Positions 1-12,066 of a stretch of DNA of 64,000 bases are shown one piece after another. Source of the stretch: Octopus sinensis (taxonomy: Eukaryota); assembly GCF_006345805.1 (NCBI RefSeq), contig NC_043008.1, positions 62,186,001 through 62,250,000 of the forward strand, given 5' to 3'. Each line of letters begins with the position of its first letter. Position 1 is the first letter of the stretch. The notes under the pieces are model-generated. The model was given only the letters and a program-made list of their open reading frames with translations. It searched no databases and had not been told where the DNA came from. Position numbers and translations under genes: made by a program.

Positions 1-14
1 AAGCCTGTCGTATA

Positions 15-49
<35 letters not shown>

Positions 50-273
50 GTACGTGTGTGTATATGTTTGTGTGTCTGTATTTGTTCCCCCAACATTGCT
101 TGACAACTGATGCTGGTGTGTTTACATCTCTGTAACTTAGCAGTTTGGCAAAAGAGATTGATAGAATAAGTACTAGGCTTACAAAGAATAAGTCCTGGGG
201 ACGATTTGCTCACTAAAGGTGGTGCTCCAGCATGGCCACAGTCAAATGACTGAAACAGGTAAAAGAGTAAAAG
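1..273 (+). mobile_element. SINE family A, 3' part (cut by window edge)
   Basis: Matches the 3' half of the full copies at 13241 and 50708 (GATAGAATAAGTACTAGGCTTACAAAGAATAAG...CCAGCATGGCCACAGTCAAATGACTG, (GTAAAAGA)n tail). Confidence 0.9.
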
Positions 274-980
274 AATATTATATTAGGTCACTCTTATATG
301 CTACAGGTTCCATATAACTTTAGTACAACACGTTAGATACGCTATATTTTGACTAAACTGACATTTGCTCTAAATTATCTCACTCATGGGGGTAGCTAGA
401 AAAAACAGGACTAACGCCAAATTTTTGAAAAGATAAATGAATTCAGTAAAGGATCAGTAGCTGCTTAGTATAAGTGTAGAAGGATGTAGAAATACTGGAG
501 TTGGTGACAAATTGTGCAGTTAAAACTAGGAATGTAGTCCCAAAGTTTCAACCAGAACTGCCATCTAGGAGACAGAAATCTCCGAATTCAAACCTTTTCT
601 GTCTGTCTTGTAACAAGACAATGGATTGTTATTGACAGACATAAGCTAGGGAAGATACAAGGCAAAGAAGAAAAGCCTTAATGGAAATACAAGTCAAGGA
701 TCAAGTCTCATCTACCACCATACTGAGCAAGTCATCTCACTGGCTCAAAATAATATAAGGTGAATCGGGATAGATGATGCTGTGCAAATTCTCAATTTAA
801 ACTAATTATGATTCTGGTGGCAACTGATAGAAACTTTTTGGGAGCGACTTAGAAATTGCATTTTTTTTTATTTGTTTTTCTTTTCTTGTACTAGTCTGAA
901 GTAATAGTCAGATCTTATTTTATATGCTACTAAGTATCTCAAAAGGTCTGCAATAGCCCAATAATATCTTTTCCGTAGCA

Positions 981-1378
981 AGGCAATGAGCTGGTAGAAA
1001 TGTTAGCATGCTGGGCAAAATGCTTAGTGGTATTTCATCTGTCTTTACATTCTGAGTTCCGATTTCGCCGAGGTCGACTTTGCCTTTCATCCTTTCGGGG
1101 TCGATAAATTAAGTACCAGTTATGCACTAGGGTCGATGTAATCGACTTAATCCGTTCGTCTGTCCTTGTTTGTCCCCTCTGTGTTTAGCTCCTTGTGAGT
1201 AGTAAAGAAATAGGCATTTCGTCTGTCTTTACATTCTGAGTTCTGATTTCGCCGAGGTCGACTTTGCCTTTCATCCTTTTGGGGTCGATAAATTAAGTAC
1301 CAGTTGTGTACTGGGGTCGATCTAATTGACTTGCCCCCACCCCAAAAATTCGGGCCTTGTGCCTAGAGTAGAAAAGAA
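981..1378 (+). mobile_element. SINE family B, dimeric form (head-core-tail1-core-tail2)
   Basis: Head with B-box-like GAGTTC..ATT and two copies of the core GTCGACTTTGCCTTTCATCCTTT.GGGGTCGATAAATTAAGTACCAG, which resembles the Meta-SINE central domain as I recall it. Confidence 0.85.
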
Positions 1379-2565
1379 TACCACTTCCATAGCTTCATTG
1401 TTTGTAAGGTCTCATAGGGTTTATTATAGGTAAGGTCAGTCATAATTATTGAGACCCATTCACTGTTGTATTCTCTGTTTGAGTGTCACATAACGAATTA
1501 TACCCTTCATTGATCACCAATTATCAAACACGTATCTAAAACTATAGTATGCAACTTGCTCTTCCTTTTTTATGATAGTGGCATATAAACTGAGTGAAAT
1601 CTGACTGTTATTTCTAGTAAGTTAACTTACCCTATCAAGGCTCTCTCACAGACTTGTGAGAAAGTGTTACTGTTGTTCAACCCTTGATTAGCCCTGATAA
1701 AGACAGTTAGGGTTAAATTGAGGAAAATTTGGTTGTTTATTTAGCAGATGAGGCAACCCTGTAAGGTTGTTATGAGCAGGTGGAATAGTAGCCGGAATAG
1801 AGATTGAAAAACTAATATTTAGAGATGGCTGGTCAGCAATGACCTAAAAAGGTGAAGATTAACAGAAGAAATGATCAGAATCGATTTAGTGTCATTTTAT
1901 AGATTTAACGTATCTAAGCTAGCATAGCTGTCATTATAATGTGTATTATTATTTCGTAACGATACGAGGAAAAATATTTATCCAATGATACTAAAAGTTT
2001 CATCCGACAATAGCAAAAGGTTTATCCAACATCAGTAACAAACGAAAATTTGTGTTGTAACCTAGAATGGTAAATATTCAGTTTTCAATGAAAGACAATT
2101 TTGTATAATTTATGACCTCTTGTGATGTTTGGAAAATAATTCTGGCTTCATGTATATTATACTCCTGCCATATTTTAAGATTGAACACATTTATTAACAA
2201 AAGCATATATAGACAGTCATATGATGGAGTTCATAAGTTCAATTTCTCATTTGGCAGATTTCGACTCACTTAAATAGTTGAAGAGAAACCGAGAGGAAAA
2301 TACAATAATGATCAGGAAGTAACACAGAGTAGTGGAGGTCACGTTTACATGCATAACAATGTTCTCTTTGGCTGATAGTATGTGTGTGTATGTGTGTGTG
2401 TATGTGTGTGTGTAAATATGCATGTGTCTATATATGTGTCTGTGTGTGTGTATGTATACATATATGTATGTATGTATATATATGTATATGTGTGTGTATA
2501 TATGTATACACACACTCATATATATGCATGCATACATCACACACACACACACACGCATATATATA

Positions 2566-2611
<46 letters not shown>

Positions 2612-2734
2612 TTACATATATATATACATATGTACATATGTATGTGCATGTTTATATATACATATATGCATACCTCTCTATCTATCTATCTATCTATCTA
2701 CACATATAAATGTATATACAATGTATATACAATG

Positions 2735-2766
<32 letters not shown>

Positions 2767-2815
2767 TGTAAATGTGGGTGTATGTGTGTGTGTGAGTGTA
2801 TGTGAGTGTGTGTGT

Positions 2816-2847
<32 letters not shown>

Positions 2848-3328
2848 ACACAGGCATCTTTCTTTCAATTTCTGTCAACCAAACCCATTCACAAGGCCTT
2901 GGTTGGCCCAGGGGCGATAGTGCAAGACACCTAAGATAGCACATATGTGATTTGGAAACAAATTTCTTTACATAGAACACTACAACATGCAAAATATTTA
3001 ACAGTAACAGTAAAACTCATAGAGATTCCACGATTCATGAGTTCATTGAATTCTGAAAATATGACTATATCAGAATTAAAATATTATATAAAGAATTCTG
3101 TACTTTTAAAAGATAAATAGATCTTGTATATTATGCACAGATTTTGAACAAATGCACATACTTGTCAAAAGAACCCAAGGCAACATTCATTCACAGCATA
3201 CTAGTTTAATGTGTCTTATCACCAAACATTAACTCACACACACACACACCACACAAAACATACCGATACACATGCACACACATACACACAACCACACATG
3301 TATACATTTGAACACACATAAATATGTA

Positions 3329-4127
3329 CAGGGTGTGATGGGTAAATTGTTGTCATTTTATATTTTAATTTTGCACATGTTCATTATTTGTTTTTGATTC
3401 TGTTGACTACACAGTATAGTAGGGTAAGTTGGGCACTGTCTGTGAGAAAAACAACACCCTGACACAATTTGCTCTGGCAGAAATATGGAAACAACATGCT
3501 GTACTGTTTGGTATTCGCACCTGCACCTCCAATATGAACATTTCTGAATGTTTGGGTGTCAATTTGAGGACAGTGCATCATGGTGTTTGAAGTGGGCATT
3601 ATACCTCCATGCATCTTCCCATACGACCTCAGACTCAACACGGAGGCCTACATCAAGTGACTGTAGGAGGTGGTGCTGTCCTGGGTCAAGACAGTGGCTG
3701 CTGGAAGACCCTGTGTCTGACAACAGGACTCTGCACCATGCCACACAAGCAGGAGAACCCAGTCATAGCTGTCAGGCTATTTCTGTGACCACACCACCCC
3801 TGACATCACACCACCTAACTCCCCAGACTGCAACCCCCTTGATTATTATATGTGGGGTGCAGCTGAGTGAGAGACCAACAAAACTCCTTATAACATCAAA
3901 GATGAACAGAATGCAAGAATTTTGGCAGCATTCACCAACTTAAACAAAGTGACTGTCCAGAAGAGTTGCAGAAGAGGTTGAGGCCAATAGCGATTTTATT
4001 AAGTAAATTTACTCGTTAGTATTATAAAATATTATTATACAATTTTGGTAAATATCTGTTAAATTGAGATGTCAATGTTATTTTCATTTTTGCATAATTT
4101 AGACAACAGTTTATTCACCACTCCCTG
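3329..4127 (+). mobile_element. Internally deleted Tc1/mariner-superfamily transposon, DD37D (maT-like)
   Basis: TA flanks at 3327-3328 and 4128-4129. TIRs CAGGGTGTGATGGGTAAATTGTTGTC / GACAACAGTTTATTCACCACTCCCTG. Stop-riddled transposase QQDSAPCHTSRRTQS*LSGYFCDHTTPDITPPNSPDCNPLDYYMWG has 37 residues between the second and third D. Confidence 0.88.
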
Positions 4128-4129
4128 TA

Positions 4130-4176
<47 letters not shown>

Positions 4177-4202
4177 TATATATATATATATATATATACA
4201 TA

Positions 4203-4258
<56 letters not shown>

Positions 4259-4261
4259 CAG

Positions 4262-4450
4262 GGATTAACTTGCATAGCAAGTGACCTGATCTGAGATCGT
4301 GTGGTGAAGCAAAAACAATTGCAGCATGGAAGGTGTTTATAAGCCATTTAAAAACACACAAAAACCGTTGGATTCACTTCAACATTTAAATTTAATTTGC
4401 CAAAATATTTTCGTTGCTTTGAGACTATGACCTGATCACTGACAAAATTC
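4262..4450 (-). repeat. Dispersed repeat with hammerhead-like fold (Penelope-like terminus candidate)
   Basis: A second partial copy lies at about 25845-25885 (ACTTGCATAGCA.GTGAC.TGATCTGAGATC). Minus-strand hammerhead-like fold at 4396-4446. Confidence 0.55.
4396..4446 (-). ncRNA. Minimal type-I hammerhead-like motif with G3:C8 core (stem II decayed)
   Basis: UUUGUCA-GUGAUCA-G-GUCAU[AGUCUCAAA]GCAAC-GAAA-AUAU-U-U-UGGCAAA: 7-bp stem I and palindromic stem III AAUAUU. Confidence 0.55.
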
Positions 4451-4520
4451 CATGGTGCATCTTTATATATAGGTAACGTGATGCAAATATGAAAAATACA
4501 ACACAAAATATGAGTATATG

Positions 4521-4675
4521 TATATTTTTGTTATTATTTAGTAGTAGCTACAGAGTGACTCTGGTTCCGAGTTTTTCATACATTGGCACTTATTGATATT
4601 TGATTAGTGCCAAAACATGAAACTTAAGGACTTTGAGTCACTCTGTAGCTTCTGCTAAATAATAATAAAAATATA
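4521..4675. mobile_element. Small fold-back MITE-like element
   Basis: About 41-bp terminal arms TATATTTTTGTTATTATTTAGTAGTAGCTACAGAGTGACTC / GAGTCACTCTGTAGCTTCTGCTAAATAATAATAAAAATATA, with further internal pairing (TGGCACT/AGTGCCA). Confidence 0.75.
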
Positions 4676-4910
4676 TGTATTGATACACATATATGCATGA
4701 CAGCAATCAAATGTCTGAACCAAGTGAAAGAAGGTATTTGTTTGACAGTGTGTATTTATGTGTGTATCCATAATTTATTTCTTTTATTGACATAACATCT
4801 GCTGATTGCTCCTCAGGCAAAAAAAATTGAATTTATGGAAGTGTAGTCAACATCAGCTATACCATAATATAAAACACACACACATATATATGTATATATA
4901 TGTGTGTGTG

Positions 4911-4947
<37 letters not shown>

Positions 4948-5482
4948 TTACATATGTATATATCATGTATATACGCATATATATAACATATAACATACAC
5001 ACGCACACACATGTATATCATGCTTATTATCCTTCTAATCTGCCACAAGACACAGTTTTCTAGAAAACACGAGTAAGTCTTAATTGTAACTGTACAAATA
5101 TTCTTCTTTCTTAAAGATTGGTTGACACTTCACTAATTTTCTAAATAGATTTTCGAGGAATTTGTGAAGAAAATTTCTTTATTCACATCACGTATCAAAT
5201 TAGCCGTGCTTGTTTCTTTCTTGGTTCTCTTTAAACATTTCATTGATTCTCAAATACAATATCAATGTTCTTCAGTTAACCATCTTTTACAGAATTAAAT
5301 CCTTTACTTATTTTCTTCAGCTAATTGTATAGAATTCTGATATATGTTACAATTAACAATATTTATATCTACCTAAGGCAGGGAGCTGGTACAAATTCTG
5401 CTGGGGTCCAAAAAGGTGATGAAGTAGCATAATCATTAGTACATTGGCTGAAATGCTTAGCAGTATTTCATCCAAAAATTAC

Positions 5483-5690
5483 TATTTTTAAATCTCACAA
5501 TGAGAGATATTCAGCAACAGTACTATGGAGTAAAGATTTTTGCCAACAGAACATGGCAGTCCTGGTTTAGAATGAATGTTGCTGGCTATACAACACAATC
5601 TGTGTTCTTATATTTTCAAATAAGGGAATCTAGCACCCCCACTCAGCTCAAAAAAATATCTGTGTATTGCAATTTACTGGGACTAAATTA
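5483..5690 (+). repeat. Unclassified dispersed repeat, copy 1, lying between head and core of a SINE-B
   Basis: Similar to 29737-29962 (TTTTTAAATCTCACAATGAGAGATATTCAGCAACAGTACT...). Confidence 0.75.
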
Positions 5691-5980
5691 CAGCAACATT
5701 CATCCTAAACCTGCCATGTTATGTTAACAAAAATCTTTAGTCCAAAGTATTTCATCCATCTTGATGTTCTGAGTTAAAATTCCACCACGGTTGATTTTGC
5801 CTTTATCCTTTCAGGGCTCAATAAAATAAGTACCAGACTTACCCACTACCCTGAAATTACTGGCCTTGTACCAAAACTTGAAAGCAATATTTTATATCTA
5901 CCAAAGTTTGAATTAAAGGTCTAATATATTCCTTTACTCCTTGAAAAAGACTGTTTGATGCTTCTCTTATGATCTTAATA

Positions 5981-6016
<36 letters not shown>

Positions 6017-6019
<3 letters not shown>

Positions 6020-6178
6020 GACGGGCTTCTTTCAGTTTCCGTCTACCAAATCCACTTACAAGGCTTTGGTTGGCCTGAAGCTATAGTAGAAGACAGTTAC
6101 CCAAGAGGCCATGCAGCGGCACTGGACCCAGAACCATGTGGTTTGTAAGCAAGCTACTTACCACACAGCCACTCCTAC
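6017..6178 (-). mobile_element. SINE family A, 5' half
   Basis: Reverse complement of the GGAGTGGCTGTGTGGTAAG head through GGAAACTGAAAGAAGCCCGTCG. Confidence 0.88.
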
Positions 6179-7182
6179 ACTTATCAACATTTCATCTATA
6201 TTTGCATTCTGAGTTCAAATTCTGTGAAAGTCGACTTTCATCCTTTCTGGGTTGATAAGATAAGTACCAGTTGAGTTCTGGGGTTAATATATTCAGCTCA
6301 TCCCATCCTCTGGAACTACTGGTCTTGTGCCAAAATTTGAAACTGTTATTAAGCTACAATGGAACATAGATTTACACAAAATTTTGCTGGAAGATTTTAC
6401 TTTAAACATGAAGAATGTAACATAGAACCATAACTGGTCTCAGGTGGATTGATATTATAAGAGTTATCAAGAACCTGAATGAATCCCTTGACAGTATTAT
6501 TCCTATTATTTATATTCCTATTACAAGAACATGAAACTATTTACTAGATACTAACCTGATATTCTTCTCTTAAAGGGAGCCTGATAGAATTGTTGGATGC
6601 TTTTACGAAGAATGCATCTTTATATTTTTGCAACTGAAGAGACAGGATATCTGAAAAACAAAAAAAAACCCCAGAAAAATCATAAATTCATATAATGCAG
6701 GAATTCTATCTGTAGCTATTTCAAAGAAATATGGTGAATACAATAGATTAATAGCAGTGAGAGTATTACGTAGGAAAACCCTACAAAAGCTGAAGAGTTC
6801 ATATTCATTAGACATAATAATTTAGCAGTACAAGATAGTCTTTGAATATGACCATCATTATCCAAAAAGTTTTCTGCATTGTCATCATTATCTTCGTCAT
6901 TGTCACCACCACCACCACCACCACAACAACAACAACAACATCTACACATACTTGCAAATAAAGATACAGACATAGCTATGTGGTTCAAAAATTTGCTTCA
7001 AACCACTTGTTTTCGGGGTTCAGTCCTACTGTACTCTACCTTAGGGGAATTATTTTGCTATGGTTCTAAGCTGACTAATACCTTATCAGTGAATTTGACA
7101 GTTGGAATTTGCAAAAGCTCAAAAAAGAACCTGAAAGATTGCTTTAAGATACATGGCATATCTTATAAAAATGCCTGTTTAA

Positions 7183-7629
7183 CCCTTTCATTACTGTATT
7201 TATTTTGAGATGCTCTGTGTTTCTTTCAATTACTTTAACCCTTTTGTTACTGTATTTATTTTGAGATGATCCGTGTGTCTTTCAATTACTTTAAAATATA
7301 ACAAATAATTTAGAAAAATAACTTAGTTATCATTAAGCTAGTGTTAGGAACACAAATTGTGACTGAGGTTTGGTGGAAGATTTTAGTTCAAAACTTATGA
7401 AAACAAGACATTTGTACTACAGAGCCAGAGCAGGTTTCAGCCGAGTTGATAACGAAAGGGTTAAATATAGCAAAGAATTTAGTAAAAATAACTTACTTAT
7501 TATTCAGTTAGTGTTAGGAACATAAATTGTGACTAAAGTTTGATAGAAGATCTTAATTCAAAATTTATGAAAACAAGACATTTGTACTCAGAGTCAGAGC
7601 CGGTTTTAGCTGGGTTGGTAACGAAAGGG
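7183..7629. mobile_element. piggyBac-type MITE (about 221 bp) with a same-family copy nested inside
   Basis: TTAA flanks at 7179-7182 and 7630-7633; termini CCCTTTC.TTAC / GTAACGAAAGGG. Confidence 0.85.
7239..7460. mobile_element. Nested piggyBac-type MITE (222 bp)
   Basis: TTAA duplicated at 7235-7238 and 7461-7464; same termini and body as the host copy. Confidence 0.85.
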
Positions 7630-8273
7630 TTAAATATCGTAATAGCATGAAATTATTAGTAGCTCTTTTGGCTGTGCATTTAATTTGATATATATATATA
7701 TACACGGCAATGCCTCACTTTACAAGGACACATTTATGAGGCCCTAGGTTTAAGAGTTTTATTTCTCAAACACATGATCCCAAATTTAGAACAAAGTGCA
7801 AAAGTCTCTACTACTGTAACAAATGTTTATGCATGTTACAAAGAAATTTATAGAGAGCAAAACAAGTCTTCTTTTAAGCAAACAACTCTAGACTTATTTT
7901 TAAAAAGAAATCTACACGTTTGTCTATGAGTGCTTGTGAATTGGTGATCAAGTCTACAAGTGATGGTGTGAATGATTCTAGTATAAGTGAAAGTGATTCA
8001 GGAAATGATTATGATAATAATATTTTTTATTATAATTGATCTTTACATTCATTTTACTTTAGATTAAATATTCTTTACATTCTACTGTTGTTTTATTGCC
8101 CTTTATTTTCGAGTGTTATGAATTTTATAAGTAAAGTATTTTTCTGGGAAAGAATTACAATTTATAACATTGCTACTTTGGGAAATTATTGCTCTGTTTT
8201 ATGAGTTTTCACTTTACGATCAGTCTCCAGGGACAAATTAACCCGTATATCAAAGCATTACTGTATATATATA

Positions 8274-8324
<51 letters not shown>

Positions 8325-8376
8325 TATACATATATATATCTATACATATACATACATACATATATGTATATATGTA

Positions 8377-8421
<45 letters not shown>

Positions 8422-8944
8422 ATGCAATAGAAACAGTTTTCATCTTTTTATGGTGAGATTTTTAATAAAGATATAATCTTTGTATGTATTTTCATGTTCA
8501 TGTATATATATAAACATGAAAATACATATATATATATATACAAATATAAGAAGGAATTTTTTCAACCACTATGTGGAAACCCTTATGCTAGAAGATACGC
8601 TATGGTCTCAACCACTAAGAATCGTTCTCCACAAAAGTTAGCACACCAGAAATGTAAGTCAGCAAGATAAATAAAAAATAACAAAAATATAGATTAATCA
8701 CAAACAATTGTTTAACTATCAATAAATTACATAATCATACTTAAACAATTTATCTGTAGATCGTCAGTGTGATCCTCTAATGTTTCCATATAATGGTTAA
8801 AAAAATTCCTGCTTATATTTATGTATGAAATACTATTTACTGAATCTCAGTATTTTTATATGCTAGACCACTGGTGTTAAAATTGATGTTATCAAATTAA
8901 TATCCAATTTTTCACCCTCATTTTGATTTTAATTTTATATATAT

Positions 8945-9452
8945 AAACTTAGATAAAACTTAGATATGTTTCGACCAGAGATTGGTCCAGGCCATGTCTA
9001 ACTTAATAGCACCACCTGATAGGATTATTCAAATCCTGTTTAAGTCAAATTTTGTTCAAGTAGTGAGTTCTTGTTGGGTGAGTTGTATCCAGTTTTGTTC
9101 AAGTAGTAAGTTCTTGTTGGGTGAGTTGTATCCAATTATGGGTGGCTTATCTGGTATTCTTTGAAGGAATCTATCCAGACTCTGTTTAAAGTTGATGGGA
9201 TCCTTTTCCTCTTTGATCTCCCTCGGGACAATGTTAAATAGGGCAGGGCCTGTTGAGGAAAAGAAATTATGTTGCAGTGTACATGTATGTTGTGATCTTG
9301 AATTTGGCAGGGGACGTATAGCCCGTGGTCCAAGTCTTGGATGGACCTTGAAGCTAATGTTTAGGTCGTTTGGGCAAAGTTGGCGGTATATTTTCCACAT
9401 CGTACAAATGATGTACCGCTCACGGCGACGCTCGAGGGAGTAAAGTTTCAAG
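8945..9452 (-). mobile_element. 5'-truncated CR1/L2-like LINE, ORF2 C-terminus and 3' end
   Basis: ORF 9056-9451 reads LYSLERRRERYIICTMWKI...GPALFNIVPREIK...FKQSLDRFLQRIPDKP, typical of the CR1/L2-group ORF2 end. 3' stem-loop GACCA-ATCTC-TGGTC and short (TATCTAAGTT) tail. Confidence 0.8.
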
Positions 9453-10189
9453 GTGTGAATGTGTGTCCATGTGTGTACGTCCTTGAGATAATGTTTGTCC
9501 TTTCACTGCTGGAAAACTAGTATTAGTTTGTTTATGTCCCTATAACATTGCAAGAAAAAGAAACCCCACTAAAATAAGTATCAGGCTTACAAAATAAAAT
9601 TCAAGTACTGAGGAAAATTTGTTTCACTGAACCCTTCAAGGTGTTGCTCCAAGAATCCTGCAACTGAAAGAGTAAAAGAAAATAGCTATACAATTCTATA
9701 TTTGTGAGATAAGGAATTTGTATTATGTGTACTATTTATATTAGTCAAACTGGTGTCCTTATCTTGAGTATTGCTTTCACTACATTTTGGCTGTTGTATG
9801 CTCCAGCCTTCTCCAGGAGTCTTGTATTGAACTTGAATTGATTTGCTGTATCAAAATTATGAATATAATGCATTATTTGATTCCACAGGGGTACACTTTT
9901 CTCATTCTGCTCTCTGCGTTTCATGACATTTTTTGCTTCAGTTGATTTTTGTGAATTACCTTAGTGCCTTGCCTGAGATTGAACTCAGGATCCCTAGGAG
10001 ATGACTATACTACAATAATCGATTTCTATATCTACTATGCTAAGCTTAAAGAAGCAGCACATATGCAAGGACATAACAACCTCATAAGCAGGCCAAGTGC
10101 AGAGATTAATAAAATACAGGAACCAATAATTATGGAACAAAAAGCACACAGCCACAGAAGATTAAAAAGGCATTAGATATATAGGCATA

Positions 10190-10403
10190 GGAGTGGCTGC
10201 GTGGTAAGTAGCTTGCTTACCAACCACATGATTCCGGGTTCAGACCCACTGTGTGGCACTTGGGCAAGTGTCTTGTACTATAGCCTCGGACAGACCAAAG
10301 CCTTGTTAGTGGATTTGATAGATGGAAACTGAAAGAAGTCCGTCGTATATATGTATATATATATGTTTGTATGTATGTATGTTTGTATGTATGTATGTAT
10401 TTA

Positions 10404-10444
<41 letters not shown>

Positions 10445-10661
10445 TTCTGTGTCTGTGTTTGTCCCCACCAACATCACTTGACAACCGATGCTGGTGTGTT
10501 TATGTCCCTGTAACTTAGCAGTTCGGCAAAAGTGACCGATAGAATAAGTACTAGGCTTACAAAGAGTAAGTCCTGGGGTCGATTTGCTTGACTAAAGGCG
10601 GTGCTCCAGCATGGCAACAGTCAAATGACTGAAACAAATAAAAGAGTAAAAGAGTAAAGAG
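10190..10661 (+). mobile_element. SINE family A, full length
   Basis: tRNA-like head with A-box TGGCTGCGTGG and B-box GGTTCAGACCC, a CORE-like TTGGGCAAG motif, internal (TA/TG)n spacer and (GTAAAAGA)n tail. Confidence 0.92.
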
Positions 10662-11141
10662 TATATAAGTCTTTAAAAATTCACTCTGTCACTGCCCACA
10701 TCCATTACAGCCAATTTAGTATCAATCAGTTTTGCACAAATCAGAGGCTCAAAAGGGTGTTAGATAACACCCTGATTATGTAACCCTGAGTGGGTTGTAT
10801 CTAACAACCTATTGAACCCCTAGCGCAAAACTGAATGGTAAAATTGACCATAATGGATATACATGAATACTGTACACTTTGCTTAATATACCCATTCTAT
10901 TGACAAATATATGAGCACATATTGTTTCTGACTTATGGATTCTTAGACAGAATTTACATACATACATATACATATCTGTATATCTTAGATACACAGACAC
11001 ACACACACATACATATATATATGTGTGTGTGTATTTATATATGTATCATGTATATATATGTGTGTGTATATATATGTATACATACACATATATAAACTAA
11101 TTATCTTTTTTTAATAATTTTGATATATATTTAAAATAATA

Positions 11142-11846
11142 GGTCTCACCATGGAAATGACTAGAGACCGAGACCTATGGAAGTATGCTGTGCGTGAGAA
11201 GACCCGGCAAGACTAGTGAAGCCATAATCCGTGGCCCCTACCTGGGACGTAGTCAGTCCACCTGTGCATACCTTCCTTCTTGTGACACTTGTGAAGACCT
11301 GTTGAGGCAAGTGAGAATCGTATCGAATCAAATCAAATCAAATCGAACCAAATCAAAATAGATGAACATCAATGGAATTTGTATCCTTGTGGTACCAGTG
11401 CCGGTGGCACATAAGAAAACCATCCGAACGTGACCGTAGCCAGTACCGCAATGACTGGCCTCCGTGCTGAGGGCACGTAACAAACACCATCCGAGCGTGG
11501 CCGTCTGCCAGCCTCGTCTGGCACCTGTGTCGGTGACACATAAGAAAACACCATCCAAGCGTGGCCGTCAGCCAGCCTCGTCTGGCACCTGTGTCGGTGG
11601 CACATAAAAAAACACCATCCGAGCGTGGCCGTCTGCCAGCCTCGTCTGGCACCTGTGTCGGTGGCACATAAAATCACCCACTACACTCTCGGAGTGGTTG
11701 GCGTTAGGAAGGGCATCCAGCTGTAGAAACACTGCCATATCTGACTGGCCTGGTGCAGCCTTCGGGCTTGCCAGACCCCAGTTGAACCGTCCAACCCATG
11801 CTAGCATGGAAAGCGGACGTTAAACGATGATGATGATGATGATGAT
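11142..11846 (+). mobile_element. 5'-truncated RTE-clade LINE with (GAT)n tail
   Basis: Begins in ORF2 C-terminal codons GLTMEMTRDRDLWKYAVREKTRQD*. The 3' UTR is shared with several other copies and ends GAAAGCGGACGTTAAAC(GAT)n. Confidence 0.8.
11472..11662 (+). repeat. 63-64 bp minisatellite (3 units) inside the RTE 3' UTR
   Basis: Units start at 11472, 11535 and 11599: GGCACATAA..AAACACCATCCGAGCGTGGCCGTCTGCCAGCCTCGTCTGGCACCTGTGTCGGT. Confidence 0.9.
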
Positions 11847-12014
11847 AAATTAATTAATCTTATGTATTGGCTTAAGTTTTTCATTGTATGATTTGCCTAA
11901 TAGTGGTTTTATCTCTAATTTAATATAATATATATATATATATATAAGAATTATTTGCGTAATAAGATAAAAAAACCAAGGCTGTGTAGATGTTAGAGCA
12001 TTTATAGATCGAAG

Positions 12015-12066
12015 GTCTTACAGCTGTTTCTAGGATATTTATTAATTATATCCCTTCATCGGAGAC
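12015..12066 (-). ncRNA. Minimal type-I hammerhead-like motif (U4C)
   Basis: GUCU-CCGAUGA-A-GGGAUAU[AAUUAAUAA]AUAUCCU-A-GAAA-CAGCUG-U-A-AGAC. Confidence 0.6.

Noticed and set aside
8955-9000. Stem-loop followed by GAAAC resembling a hammerhead
   Set aside because: No CUGANGA-like core; better explained as the CR1/L2 3' stem-loop.
11472-11662. Regularly spaced repeats that could suggest a CRISPR array
   Set aside because: Head-to-tail units with no unique spacers, no cas genes, and a eukaryotic LINE UTR context.
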